Assembly: GCA_902476365.1 (NCBI GenBank)
Contig: CABSCZ010000005.1
Location: forward strand, 7,009 to 71,008
Length of the DNA: 64,000 nt
Source of the DNA: an uncultured Prevotella sp.
GTDB taxonomy: Bacteria > Bacteroidota > Bacteroidia > Bacteroidales > Bacteroidaceae
Reading direction: 5' to 3'
Shown here: in pieces, positions 20,411 through 30,152 of the stretch
Layout: each line of letters opens with the position of its first letter
How positions within the stretch are numbered: position 1 is the stretch's first letter
Program-made: the position numbers and the translations under genes
The notes under the pieces: generated by a model
The model's database searches: none
Told to the model about the DNA's origin: nothing
The model's input: only the letters and a program-made list of their open reading frames with translations

Positions 20411-23400
20411 TTAGAACATAACTTGCACTCCAAAGTTGAAGGACTTGGAAAGAGGATACTTACCGTAGTCGACGCCAGGCGTCAGGTTCGCGCCATTGTT
20501 GTAGTCGACTTCTGGGTTATACCCTTTATATTTCGTGATCGTAAAGAGATTGTCCGCAGCAACGTAGAGGCGGAGCTTGCTGAGCACGCCGCCCGTCAGC
20601 TTGCTGACAGAGGGCAAGGAGTAGCCAATCGTCAGGTTGGTGCAGCGGAAGAAAGATCCGCTCTGCAGGTAGAAAGTGGAGAGGCGGGTACTATTGCTTT
20701 GGGTACCCCCGCGGGAAGCGCTATAGACCCATCCATTGCCCGGATTGCTCTCGCTCCGATAACGGCTGTCTACCTCAACATACTGGTTACCAGAACCCTC
20801 CATATTGAAGAGATAGTAGTCCTGGCCATCAAGAACCTTATTGCCATAGCTGCCGTTGAAAGAGGCAGAGAAGTCGAGCGACTTATAGTCACCGCTGATA
20901 TTGAACCCATAAGTGAACTTAGGATGAGGGTTGCCGATGATGGTCTTGTCGTTGTCATCCACTACTCCGTCGCCGTTGACATCCTCAAAGTACAGGTCGC
21001 CAGCCTGCAAGGGCATGCTCTGCGATAGCGAACGTGCTGGACCCTTGAGCTTATAGCCCTCGGGGAAAGAGTGAGTCGTAGCGTTATAATACTTATCGTC
21101 TTCCGCGATATTTGCCATATCCGACTCCCGCACCATGCCTGCTACCTTGAAGCCATAGAACATACCGATAGGCTGTCCGATCTCCGTGATATGCGTTTTG
21201 TAGGATCGCTCGGCACCATTGACGATCAGCGTGTTGCCGCCATCAAGGTCAAGTACCTTATTGCGGTTGATCGACAGGTTGCCACTGGCTGTCAAATGGA
21301 AATCCTTGGTTGAGATGACGCGCCCGTCGACCTGAAGGTCGAGACCGCAATTGCGGATCTTGGAGTTTGGCAAGTTCGTCAAGATCGAGTTCGTGCTACC
21401 GATGGCAGAGATCGGCTGCTCAAAGAGCAAGTCGCGGGTATAGCTCAGATAATAGTTGGCTGATATCGCCAACCGATTGTTGAACAGGGAAAGGTCAGCC
21501 CCGAAGTTATACTGCGATGTCGACTCCCATCCAATCGTGTTGTCCTTGACGCCACCCGGCTCTACGCCAGAATAGACCGTGCCACTTCCGAACAGAGCTC
21601 CTTCAGGAGAGCTCATGACCGCTTCATAGTTGTAGTTTCCGATATTGTTGTTTCCGCTCTTTCCCCAACTTGCCCTCAACTTCAGGGTGGAGTTGTTGCC
21701 GAAGAGTGCGTTGTAGAAGGGCTCGTTGGACACCGTCCAAGCCAATGATACTGAGGGGAAATAGCCCCAACGGTTCTCTGGACCGAAGAGAGAGGACCCA
21801 TCACCACGCAAGGACAACGTCAGATAATATGTACTACGGTAGTTGTAGCTCAGCCGTGAGAAATAAGAGAGCATCGACCAGTTCGACTTCGACGTATTGT
21901 AGAGAGACACGTCACTGGGGTCGGCGCCATGTCCGGTCACCTCCTTGATGTGGTCATCCTCAAATCCCGTGCCCTTGGCACCCAGGATATCATACTCATG
22001 CTTCTGGATCGAATAACCAACGATGCCGCTGAAGTGATGGATCCCTGCCCAAGTCTTGTCGTAATTGGCGGTAAACTCGCCCAAGTAATCATTGGTATGA
22101 GCACTCGTTGCAATGGCATACGCCGCAGCCTGGGCCTGGGCAGAGCCTGGCTGGTAGCTTCCATAGGAAAGACTGGTCGGACGATAGTACTCATATTTCT
22201 CATAATAAGTATACATACCTACGTTTGCTTTGAGGAAGAGATCCTTCAAGGGCTCATAAGACAGGTTAAGGTTGTACGTGTTCCGGTCTCCATTCCGCCT
22301 GATCTTCGTCTCCTCGGCAAGTGCCACTGGGTTCTCTATTTGCTGGAAGCCATATCGCGAGGAATAGGAAGTCATCTCTCCTTTCACGAGATTGCCATCA
22401 TCGTCATAGCATCTGAAGACCGGCGCGTAGATCAAGGCACCTAAGATAGGTCCATGGTCGAAACGCCCTTCATCGATCTCATGGTTCCAATTGGACACAT
22501 GAGAGAAATTAGCGCCAACGTTAAAGCGACTGCTGATCTGCGCATCGATATTCCCACGGAAGTTCAATCGACGCTGCTGGGATGAGCGGACGATACCGTC
22601 TAAGTCCATGAAGCTGCCGCTGAGGTCGTACCTGACCTTGTCGGTTCCGCCATTGACCGTTATATGATGGCGTTGCGAGATCGCCGTGCGGTAAAGCTCA
22701 TCCTGCCAGTCAGTATCATACTCTGGCGTGATGACTTTCTGATTGGCAAAGTCATAAAGGAATTCCGGTATGTTGACTGCACTATTGGAAGACCCCAGTC
22801 GGGTAGCGCGCTGTGTGTTGGTATCGCTATAATAGCTATCGTCCCAGGCAATACCCTTGCTGGTCAATAAGCGTTTGTAGTAGTTATTCCTGCCATCGAC
22901 AACGAGATCGGCAAACTGTGCCGCATTCAGAAGCTTCACCTTCTTGGCGAGACTGCTGACACCCAACTGGAAGTCATACCCTACCCTCGCCTTTCCGGTC
23001 TGCCCCCGTTTAGTCGTGATGATGACCACGCCCCCAGCAGCCCTGGATCCATAGATAGCAGCAGAGGCAGCATCCTTCAAGACCTCAATAGAAGCGATAT
23101 CTTCCGGGTCCAAGAGCAGGTCGCCACTGGAAGGATAGCCGTCGATCACATACAATGGGTCAGAGCTGGCATTAATAGAGGCAGTACCTCTCACCCTGAT
23201 CTTCGTCGAATTGTATGGGGCTCCGCTGACCTGGGCGATCTGTACGCCAGCTACCTTGCCAACGAGGCTCTCGCCGATGCTGTTCGTAGAAGTGTTCAGC
23301 TCGCTCGCCTTTACGCTGGCGACTGCACCGATCACGTCCGTCTTCCTAATCTTCTGGTATCCCACGATGACCAACTCCTGGAGAGAATGGCTGTCTTCCT

Positions 23401-23722
23401 GAAGGGTGATCACCATCCTGCCCGTCGGCTTCAACGTCTGGGTAGTAAAGCCTACATAAGAGACACGGATGGAATGGCCCTTGCCTTCAAGTTTCAAAGT
23501 GAAGTTCCCGTTCACATCACTGACTGCGGCATTGTGCGTGCCTTCCTCAACGATGCTGGCGCCAACGATAGGCTCACCCTTCACATCCTTTACCACTCCC
23601 GTTACTTGGTCAATGGCAAGATTCTCCTCTATGGGCTCAGGTTCCCCACCTTCTCTTGCAGAAGAAGGCAATGCGGGAAGGACTGAAATGAGAAGTGCCA
23701 CTAAAACAATCTTTTTATTCAT
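20411..23722 (-). CDS. SusC/RagA-family TonB-dependent outer-membrane transporter (no STN signalling domain)
   Basis: 1103 aa with a signal peptide. A carboxypeptidase-regulatory-like domain (GVVKDVKGEPIVGASI) is followed by a plug and barrel. C-terminal ...FNFGVQVMF. Confidence 0.9.
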   Translation of the reverse strand: MNKKIVLVALLISVLPALPSSAREGGEPEPIEENLAIDQVTGVVKDVKGEPIVGASIVEEGTHNAAVSDVNGNFTLKLEGKGHSIRVSYVGFTTQTLKPTGRMVITLQEDSHSLQELVIVGYQKIRKTDVIGAVASVKASELNTSTNSIGESLVGKVAGVQIAQVSGAPYNSTKIRVRGTASINASSDPLYVIDGYPSSGDLLLDPEDIASIEVLKDAASAAIYGSRAAGGVVIITTKRGQTGKARVGYDFQLGVSSLAKKVKLLNAAQFADLVVDGRNNYYKRLLTSKGIAWDDSYYSDTNTQRATRLGSSNSAVNIPEFLYDFANQKVITPEYDTDWQDELYRTAISQRHHITVNGGTDKVRYDLSGSFMDLDGIVRSSQQRRLNFRGNIDAQISSRFNVGANFSHVSNWNHEIDEGRFDHGPILGALIYAPVFRCYDDDGNLVKGEMTSYSSRYGFQQIENPVALAEETKIRRNGDRNTYNLNLSYEPLKDLFLKANVGMYTYYEKYEYYRPTSLSYGSYQPGSAQAQAAAYAIATSAHTNDYLGEFTANYDKTWAGIHHFSGIVGYSIQKHEYDILGAKGTGFEDDHIKEVTGHGADPSDVSLYNTSKSNWSMLSYFSRLSYNYRSTYYLTLSLRGDGSSLFGPENRWGYFPSVSLAWTVSNEPFYNALFGNNSTLKLRASWGKSGNNNIGNYNYEAVMSSPEGALFGSGTVYSGVEPGGVKDNTIGWESTSQYNFGADLSLFNNRLAISANYYLSYTRDLLFEQPISAIGSTNSILTNLPNSKIRNCGLDLQVDGRVISTKDFHLTASGNLSINRNKVLDLDGGNTLIVNGAERSYKTHITEIGQPIGMFYGFKVAGMVRESDMANIAEDDKYYNATTHSFPEGYKLKGPARSLSQSMPLQAGDLYFEDVNGDGVVDDNDKTIIGNPHPKFTYGFNISGDYKSLDFSASFNGSYGNKVLDGQDYYLFNMEGSGNQYVEVDSRYRSESNPGNGWVYSASRGGTQSNSTRLSTFYLQSGSFFRCTNLTIGYSLPSVSKLTGGVLSKLRLYVAADNLFTITKYKGYNPEVDYNNGANLTPGVDYGKYPLSKSFNFGVQVMF

Positions 23723-23850
23723 AAAAAAACAATACTTTTGTTTACGACTGCAAAAGTATCATGATTATTTTTCAATAAGATTTCAGTCTTTTTACGTTTT
23801 TGTGTGGATTCGCTTGCCTGCCGCTGCCGACCCAATGGAGGGGATAGCAC

Positions 23851-25275
23851 CTACATCAGCGGCGACAACAGTCGGATGAGCGACTCCCATAGCCGCTTCA
23901 GGAACGGGCGATGGGCTAGCTCCGGCACATCCGTCGACGGGATGCTCTGCCGTTCATCGTCCAGGAAGATTTTCTTCATGCGCAGTGCCATGCCTTCGTC
24001 ATAGAAGAAGATGTTCGACTCAAAGTCGTTCTCGAAACTGCGGAAGTCTACGTTCGTGGACCCACATGTGCAAAGGCTGTCATCGCAGACGAGCAGCTTG
24101 CTGTGGTTGAACCCTGCCTTATAGAAGAATACTTTCACGCCAGCCTCCAACGTCTCCATCACATAAGAGCGCGAAGCCCATTCCACGAGCTTGGAATCTG
24201 TCTTGTAAGGGATGATCAACCGTACGTCGACACCCGTCAGGGCAGCGGTCCTCATGGCAAAGAGAATAGGCTCCGTGGGTAGGAAATAGGGCGATTCCAT
24301 GTACACGTACCGCTTTGCCTCCAGCAGGATACGGACATATCCCTGCATGATATCTGGCCATTCGGAGATCGGGCTGCTGGTCACCACTTGGGCAACGCAA
24401 TTATTCCGGATCGACGGGTCGATCTCTGGATAATACTTCCGGTTGGTGATCAGAGTCCGGTCGACGAAATACCAATCGACCAAAAACGCCCTCTGGATGG
24501 CGTAGACAGCCCCGCCCCGGACCATCAGGTGAGTGTCACGCCATGGTTGGGTGCCCGTGCCTTTCACATAGCGCAGGGCGATGTTCATTCCTCCAATGAA
24601 CCCGACATTCCCGTCGATCACGCATAGCTTGCGATGGTTCCTATAGTTCATCTTACTGGTAAACATCGGGAACTTCACCGGCATGAAGGCATGGACATCA
24701 ATCCCGGCATTGCGCATCTTCTCGAAGAAGGAATGGCGTACATGCCAGCATGCCACATCGTCGTAGATCAGTCTGACCTCAACCCCTTCCCTTGCCTTGT
24801 CCATCAAGGCATCAGCCACCAGGTGCCCCAAGGCATCATCCTCGAAGATGAACACGTCGATATGGATATGGTCTTGTGCCTTGCCGATCTCCGCCAAGAG
24901 GGCGGGGAAGAACTCATAGCCATTCAGGAAAGTGGTTACCTCATTGTCCTTGAAAGGCAAGGCCATGCTCTGGTTCGTGAACAGCTTCATCAACGAGCGA
25001 TGGCTCTCGGGGATGTGCAGGTCCTCCTGTTCAGCGAACTCCAGCATCGAGCGCTTGGTCAACTGGTCCAGGCTCCGTTGGCTAATCAACCTTTCCTTGC
25101 GCGTATTCTGCCCGAAGAAGAAGTACAGGATAATGCCCAAGAGCGGCAGGAAATACAAGACCAGGATCCAAGCCATGGTCTTAGCGGGTTGCCGATTGTC
25201 CATCAACACCTTCAGCATCGTCGCCACAACGGCGAGCGTATATACCGAGAATATGATCCACCGGACGTAAATCAT
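23851..25275 (-). CDS. cls: cardiolipin synthase (PLD superfamily)
   Basis: Two N-terminal TM segments. Two HKD motifs are present (HRKLCVIDGNVGFIGGMN and NHSKLLVCDDSLCTCGSTN). Confidence 0.85.
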   Translation of the reverse strand: MIYVRWIIFSVYTLAVVATMLKVLMDNRQPAKTMAWILVLYFLPLLGIILYFFFGQNTRKERLISQRSLDQLTKRSMLEFAEQEDLHIPESHRSLMKLFTNQSMALPFKDNEVTTFLNGYEFFPALLAEIGKAQDHIHIDVFIFEDDALGHLVADALMDKAREGVEVRLIYDDVACWHVRHSFFEKMRNAGIDVHAFMPVKFPMFTSKMNYRNHRKLCVIDGNVGFIGGMNIALRYVKGTGTQPWRDTHLMVRGGAVYAIQRAFLVDWYFVDRTLITNRKYYPEIDPSIRNNCVAQVVTSSPISEWPDIMQGYVRILLEAKRYVYMESPYFLPTEPILFAMRTAALTGVDVRLIIPYKTDSKLVEWASRSYVMETLEAGVKVFFYKAGFNHSKLLVCDDSLCTCGSTNVDFRSFENDFESNIFFYDEGMALRMKKIFLDDERQSIPSTDVPELAHRPFLKRLWESLIRLLSPLM

Positions 25276-25832
25276 GGGAATCCTACTAATTTATGGGTCT
25301 GCAAAGATAGTCGCCACCGTGGATGCTGCTTGATGTACTCCACGCATTGGCTCACAATGGACTTGTTTTTCTCCGCGTCTCCCACATCGCAGGGCTGTAG
25401 GTAATACGCCTCAGCCTGAATGCCGAAATCGTCGACTTCCTCTTGCCCATCGAAAATACATTTCAGTTCTTGGCATTCCTTGACCACAGGGGCGACCTTC
25501 GGCGAGATGGTCAGCCAGTCAATGCCCTTGGGTGGGAGATGGGTGCCATTGCTTTCCATCGCCACTTCATATCCTTGTCGGTGCAACAGGTCGACAAAGG
25601 CATCGTCAACTTGCAAGGAAGGCTCTCCGCCGGTCAGGACGACAAAGCGCGCCGGGTACCTCGCAATCTCCCGCAAGATATCCCCGTCTGCCATCTCCCG
25701 GTAGGAGATGAAGTCGGTATCGCAAAACGGGCAACTCAGATTGCATCCGCTGAACCGGATGAAAATGGCTGCTCGCCCAGTATGCCTGCCTTCCCCTTGC
25801 AGGGAATAAAAGATCTCATGAATGTGTTTCAT
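25272..25832 (-). CDS. queE: 7-carboxy-7-deazaguanine synthase (radical SAM)
   Basis: The motif LQGEGRHTGRAAIFIRFSGCNLSCPFCDT is present. The stop overlaps the cls start (ATGA). Confidence 0.85.
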   Translation of the reverse strand: MKHIHEIFYSLQGEGRHTGRAAIFIRFSGCNLSCPFCDTDFISYREMADGDILREIARYPARFVVLTGGEPSLQVDDAFVDLLHRQGYEVAMESNGTHLPPKGIDWLTISPKVAPVVKECQELKCIFDGQEEVDDFGIQAEAYYLQPCDVGDAEKNKSIVSQCVEYIKQHPRWRLSLQTHKLVGFP

Positions 25833-26169
25833 CGTCCTCGTCCACTACATAGATCGCTATGTTATCGTCGCTTTCCTGGACCACAGCTTTGTAGCAAGTT
25901 GGGATCTGCTCCGTGACCCAACGAGCGATGTTCTCAGCCGTCGGGTTAAAAGGAAGGATCTCATTGATGTCTGCATGGTCGAGCTGCCCATGTATCTTTT
26001 CCTTGATCAGGCTGAAATCCTCCACCATCCCGTCAGCGTTCAGCTCTTTTGCCTTGCAAAAGACCGTCACATGCCAATTATGCCCATGCACCCGCGTGCA
26101 CTTGCTCTTGTAACTAAGAACCAAATGATGGCTGGCGGATATTTCAAAGCTCTTCTGTAAATAATACAT
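25816..26169 (-). CDS. queD: 6-carboxy-5,6,7,8-tetrahydropterin synthase
   Basis: HGHN zinc-binding motif in a 117 aa PTPS-fold protein. It overlaps queE by 17 nt. The start ATG directly follows the upstream gene stop (TAAATG). Confidence 0.8.
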   Translation of the reverse strand: MYYLQKSFEISASHHLVLSYKSKCTRVHGHNWHVTVFCKAKELNADGMVEDFSLIKEKIHGQLDHADINEILPFNPTAENIARWVTEQIPTCYKAVVQESDDNIAIYVVDEDDETHS

Positions 26170-27888
26170 TTACCCGTTATCTTTTATCTTTTGTATGTAT
26201 GCTAATTCATTGATGGCGAAATCACTGTTGCCGGGCTCGTCCAACATCGACTTGAGCAGCTCCTCTGCCTCATCGAAGCGATGGCGGCTGACCAAGGCAT
26301 ACGCCTTTCTCCGCTTCAGAAAGTCCAGGAAGAGAGCGATATGCTCCTCTGGCTCGGCATTCTCCTCTAAATCCAGCGATAGCTCCACCTCGTTGAGATA
26401 GTTGTCGATGGCACCGATCGCGCGGTGGTCCCCACTGTTGACCAAGCAGTTGATGAACTCCTCCGTATAGGTAATCCGGTTCAAGGGCAATATCATCTGC
26501 AAGTAATAGTAGGCGCGCCTGTATTGCCCGAGCTCGCAATAGCATGACCCGACCAAATAGCAGGTCTCATAAAACCTGCCCTCTTGGGATCCTTTCAGCT
26601 TCTCAAACCTCTTTTCCATCGTAGAATAGGCATTCTCCAAATGGAACAATGCCTCATAGAAGCGTTTCTGCTGGTATAAGGTCCTCCCCCGATAGAGATG
26701 GTATCCTTCCTGGGGGTCGAGGCAATCGCAGATCAGCCTTTGCTCATCGCTCATCTCCTCATCCCCCTTGCCCTTTCGAATGGCCATGGCTTCCTTCCAC
26801 ATGTAGTGGAATTCATCGAGCTGCTTCTTGTTCGGTTTCAAGTCATAGGCGACGAGAATGCTGCACGTCTCCTGTCGGGTCTCATTGCTCCCCGCAGGCA
26901 TGATCCCTTGGATAGACAAAGGAATAAGCGTCATGGTGATACGGTAGTAGAGTGCGCCTTCGGTGCCTTTCTCACTACACAGGCTGATGTCCAGCTGCCT
27001 CTCCTTGTCCGGTTGGCGGGCATTGAAGAAAGACAAGCGGATCCCAGCGTTATCCCTGGCGAACTGCCCCTTCTCGATCAACAGCGAGGAGAGGTCGTAA
27101 TTGAGGATGGATGCCGTGTCGGAAATTTCCTGCACATCCTCCTTGATGACTGCCATCCGGACCGGAATGATGTCATTCAGCCCGAGGGCTGTCGCCAGTA
27201 CCTGCTTGAGGGACATGACTTTGCTCACGTCCTGCCTCCAGTCAGGCCCTGCATCCTGGTGCATGATTTCCTGTTCCCTGATCAAGAAGAGCTCTCGTTG
27301 GTACATGGCATGGTCTTTCTCCAAGTCACGCCCTTCTGCCTTGGCGTTTGCCTCTTGCAAATCCTTATACCGCCTGTAGAAAGCATACTGCCATTTGAAT
27401 ATCTCTAACATGGCATTGGCCAAGACATCCTTTGCCATGCTGTCAGTGAGCAGCAACGCGCTGATGACATGGATATCCACCACGCTCTTCTCTTCGTTAA
27501 TACTGTAGGCAACGCGTATGTTGCCCGAGATGATATTGCATTGGTTGCATATATTCCTCACTAGCTCGAGATCTGCCAAGGGCGCGTCAAAGAGGAAGGG
27601 GTAAGAAAGCAGGACGTATGGCAATCCATACTCTAACCTGATGCTGAAATGCCCTGTCTGGAAATCGAACTTAACGCTCTTGCCACTTTTGTCTTTCTCC
27701 CATTTGTATTGGCAATTCATGGCTTTCAAGGCTTTGTTGATCCTCAACTGGTTGCCCTTTAGGGTATATGCATAAAAGTTCGGACCTGCCTTGAGGTGTT
27801 TTCTCCAGGCACGTTCAGCCCTAAAGACTAAGACGACGATAATAGCCCAAAGGACGATTCTTAGTGTGAGATAAATTGAATCTGCCAT
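26170..27888 (-). CDS. hypothetical membrane-anchored protein with C-terminal TPR-like repeats
   Basis: The ORF-track start is TTG. The first ATG is at 27886-27888 (MADSIYLTLRIVLWAIIVVLVF is a TM segment). C-terminal helical repeats (e.g. YYYLQMILPLNRITYTEEF) are present. Confidence 0.5.
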   Translation of the reverse strand: MADSIYLTLRIVLWAIIVVLVFRAERAWRKHLKAGPNFYAYTLKGNQLRINKALKAMNCQYKWEKDKSGKSVKFDFQTGHFSIRLEYGLPYVLLSYPFLFDAPLADLELVRNICNQCNIISGNIRVAYSINEEKSVVDIHVISALLLTDSMAKDVLANAMLEIFKWQYAFYRRYKDLQEANAKAEGRDLEKDHAMYQRELFLIREQEIMHQDAGPDWRQDVSKVMSLKQVLATALGLNDIIPVRMAVIKEDVQEISDTASILNYDLSSLLIEKGQFARDNAGIRLSFFNARQPDKERQLDISLCSEKGTEGALYYRITMTLIPLSIQGIMPAGSNETRQETCSILVAYDLKPNKKQLDEFHYMWKEAMAIRKGKGDEEMSDEQRLICDCLDPQEGYHLYRGRTLYQQKRFYEALFHLENAYSTMEKRFEKLKGSQEGRFYETCYLVGSCYCELGQYRRAYYYLQMILPLNRITYTEEFINCLVNSGDHRAIGAIDNYLNEVELSLDLEENAEPEEHIALFLDFLKRRKAYALVSRHRFDEAEELLKSMLDEPGNSDFAINELAYIQKIKDNG

Positions 27889-27973
27889 TTTATTCCATGA
27901 CAAAAATACGTATTATATTGTAAAATGTGAAATGTTTCATGTTAAAATTTGTAGTCGATGCCATTTGAGGGCA

Positions 27974-29983
27974 TTAAAGCAGGATATCATTCCCTAATTC
28001 CTTGGCCAAGGAATTGCGGATCTGCTGCATGTCCTTGTATTCAGCCATCAGCTTCATCATCTTCTCGGGGTCATTGGCAGACAGGGAGATTTCCCTTTGC
28101 AGGTCCTTCAGGTGCTGAGTGACGTAGTCCATCTTGAAGTCAAGCATGAGATGGCGTGCTTGCTCTCTCAACTGCTCCCGGTCTTTTTGCTCTTTCTGCT
28201 GCCGTTCTTCCTCAGTCGGCTCAGTCTCATTCCCCTTGGGTGTCTGCTGTGCGTGTGACAATTGGTAGCGATCGAAGCTCATGTCCGATGCAAGCTTGCT
28301 GATCTCTATGTCTGGGTGGTGGATGAAGTATTGCTCAGCCACAAAGCCCTCCTCCCCACTATGCTCGACGGCTTCTTGCAGGATCCGGTTGTACAACTCG
28401 CTATGGAAGCCTAATTGGTCGCTTGCTAAGTTGTAGTGGATGAATTGGGCGACGGTCAGCGCATAGACATTCCCTTGGTCGTCTTGCGCATCATTCACGA
28501 TGATCTTCTCTCCATGGCGGATGACCAGCTGTATCAGCATCGTCTCCACTTTCGTAGCTTGTTGCAAAGGAGAGGCCGGTTGGATAGGCTGTGAGGTTAC
28601 TGCCTCCTGGAGCCGTTCTTGCTCTCTACGCGCCTCTGTCGACTTTTGCTCTTTCCCATCTCGTATATAGCGGTTCATCGTGTTGATAAGCGTTGCCTCG
28701 TTCATGCCCAGTCGCTGGGCACTGTCATGGAGATAGATATCGCGTAGGATCTGGTTCTGGACGAAGGAGATGCTTCTGACGATGGAGCTGATCGCCTCCG
28801 ACCGCTGGGTCTGGTCGGTAACGCCCTTGAGCAGCAGTTCGGTCTTGAACTGGATAAAGTCAGTCTGGTGATCCTCGATGTACTTCTTGAAATCATCCGC
28901 AGTATTTTTCCGGGCGAAGCTATCCGGGTCCTCGCCGGCAGGCAAGAGCAGCACCTTGACGTTCATGCCTTCGGCAAGGAGCATGTCCATCCCTCGCAAT
29001 GCGGCATGGATGCCAGCGGCGTCATTGTCGTAGATCAGCGTGATATTCGACGTGAAGCGGTGCAGGAGATGGATCTGAGGGAGGGTGAGGGCAGTGCCCG
29101 AATTCGCCACTACATTCTCCACACCGCTCTGGAACATGGAGATCACGTCCGCCTGTCCTTCCACCATATACACCCTGTCTTCCTTGGCAATCGCCTTCTT
29201 TGCCTGGAAGATGCCATAAAGCTCATTGGTCTTGTGGAAGATCTCAGAGTCTGGAGAGTTGACGTATTTCTGGTTAACGCCCTTTGTCCTGGAATCCAGG
29301 ACCCGTGCCGTAAAGCCGATAATGCGCCCACTTGAGCTGATCCACGGGAAGAGTACCCTGCCTGCGTAGCGATCGATCAGCTCGCCACGATCATTCTTGT
29401 AGCAGATGCCCGTGCCATGCGTAGTTGCCGTATCCCCGGTCAAATACTGTTCCTTGAAGCCCTTTGCCAAGGCAGCACGCCCCAATGCCAGCCGATCGGA
29501 CAGGTCATAGCCCAACTGGAATTTACGAATGGTATCATCACGGAAGCCACGGCTGCGAAAATACTGCATGCCGATGGCAATGCCATCTACGTCATGGTGG
29601 AGGACTTGCTGGAAGTATTCGTTTGCCCATTCGTTGACGATGAACATGCTCTCCCTTTCACTCTGCTGTTGTTTCTCCTCGCTTGTCAGCTCCCTTTCCT
29701 GGATCTCGATATGATATTTCTTGGCCAGCCACCGGAGCGCTTCGGGATACGTCATCTGCTCATGCTCCATGATAAAGGTAATCGCATTACCTCCCTTCCC
29801 GCATCCGAAGCAATGGCAGGTCCCACGAGCAGGCGACACGTAGAAAGAAGGAGTCTTCTCATTATGGAAAGGGCACAGGCCTTTGTAGTTGGCACCACTT
29901 TTCCGCAATGTAACGAACTCGCCCACCACGTCTACGATGTTGGCGGCATCCTTGATTTTTTCTACTGTTGCCCTGTCTATCAT
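27974..29983 (-). CDS. dnaG: DNA primase
   Basis: Zinc-ribbon CPFHNEKTPSF...CFGCG, a TOPRIM domain (VEGQADV..) and a C-terminal helicase-interaction region are present. Confidence 0.9.
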   Translation of the reverse strand: MIDRATVEKIKDAANIVDVVGEFVTLRKSGANYKGLCPFHNEKTPSFYVSPARGTCHCFGCGKGGNAITFIMEHEQMTYPEALRWLAKKYHIEIQERELTSEEKQQQSERESMFIVNEWANEYFQQVLHHDVDGIAIGMQYFRSRGFRDDTIRKFQLGYDLSDRLALGRAALAKGFKEQYLTGDTATTHGTGICYKNDRGELIDRYAGRVLFPWISSSGRIIGFTARVLDSRTKGVNQKYVNSPDSEIFHKTNELYGIFQAKKAIAKEDRVYMVEGQADVISMFQSGVENVVANSGTALTLPQIHLLHRFTSNITLIYDNDAAGIHAALRGMDMLLAEGMNVKVLLLPAGEDPDSFARKNTADDFKKYIEDHQTDFIQFKTELLLKGVTDQTQRSEAISSIVRSISFVQNQILRDIYLHDSAQRLGMNEATLINTMNRYIRDGKEQKSTEARREQERLQEAVTSQPIQPASPLQQATKVETMLIQLVIRHGEKIIVNDAQDDQGNVYALTVAQFIHYNLASDQLGFHSELYNRILQEAVEHSGEEGFVAEQYFIHHPDIEISKLASDMSFDRYQLSHAQQTPKGNETEPTEEERQQKEQKDREQLREQARHLMLDFKMDYVTQHLKDLQREISLSANDPEKMMKLMAEYKDMQQIRNSLAKELGNDILL

Positions 29984-30152
29984 TTTGCTATCTGTTTAAA
30001 TAAGGCTCGGCTCTCCAACGCGATCCCATTCTTGCGGAATGAGTCCGATCCATGGATTGTGCCCTGCAAAAGTAATGGAAAAAAAGCAGAATCGGAAGAA
30101 AACGACCCGGAAGTTTTACATCCTGCCTTTGGACGGGATGATTGGCAAGCGG

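Noticed and set aside
25272-26169. queD/queE as part of a Dpd-type 7-deazaguanine DNA-modification defence island.
   Set aside because: No dpdA/tgt-like transglycosylase, queC or dpdB/C homolog is adjacent. The neighbours are housekeeping genes (cls, dnaG).
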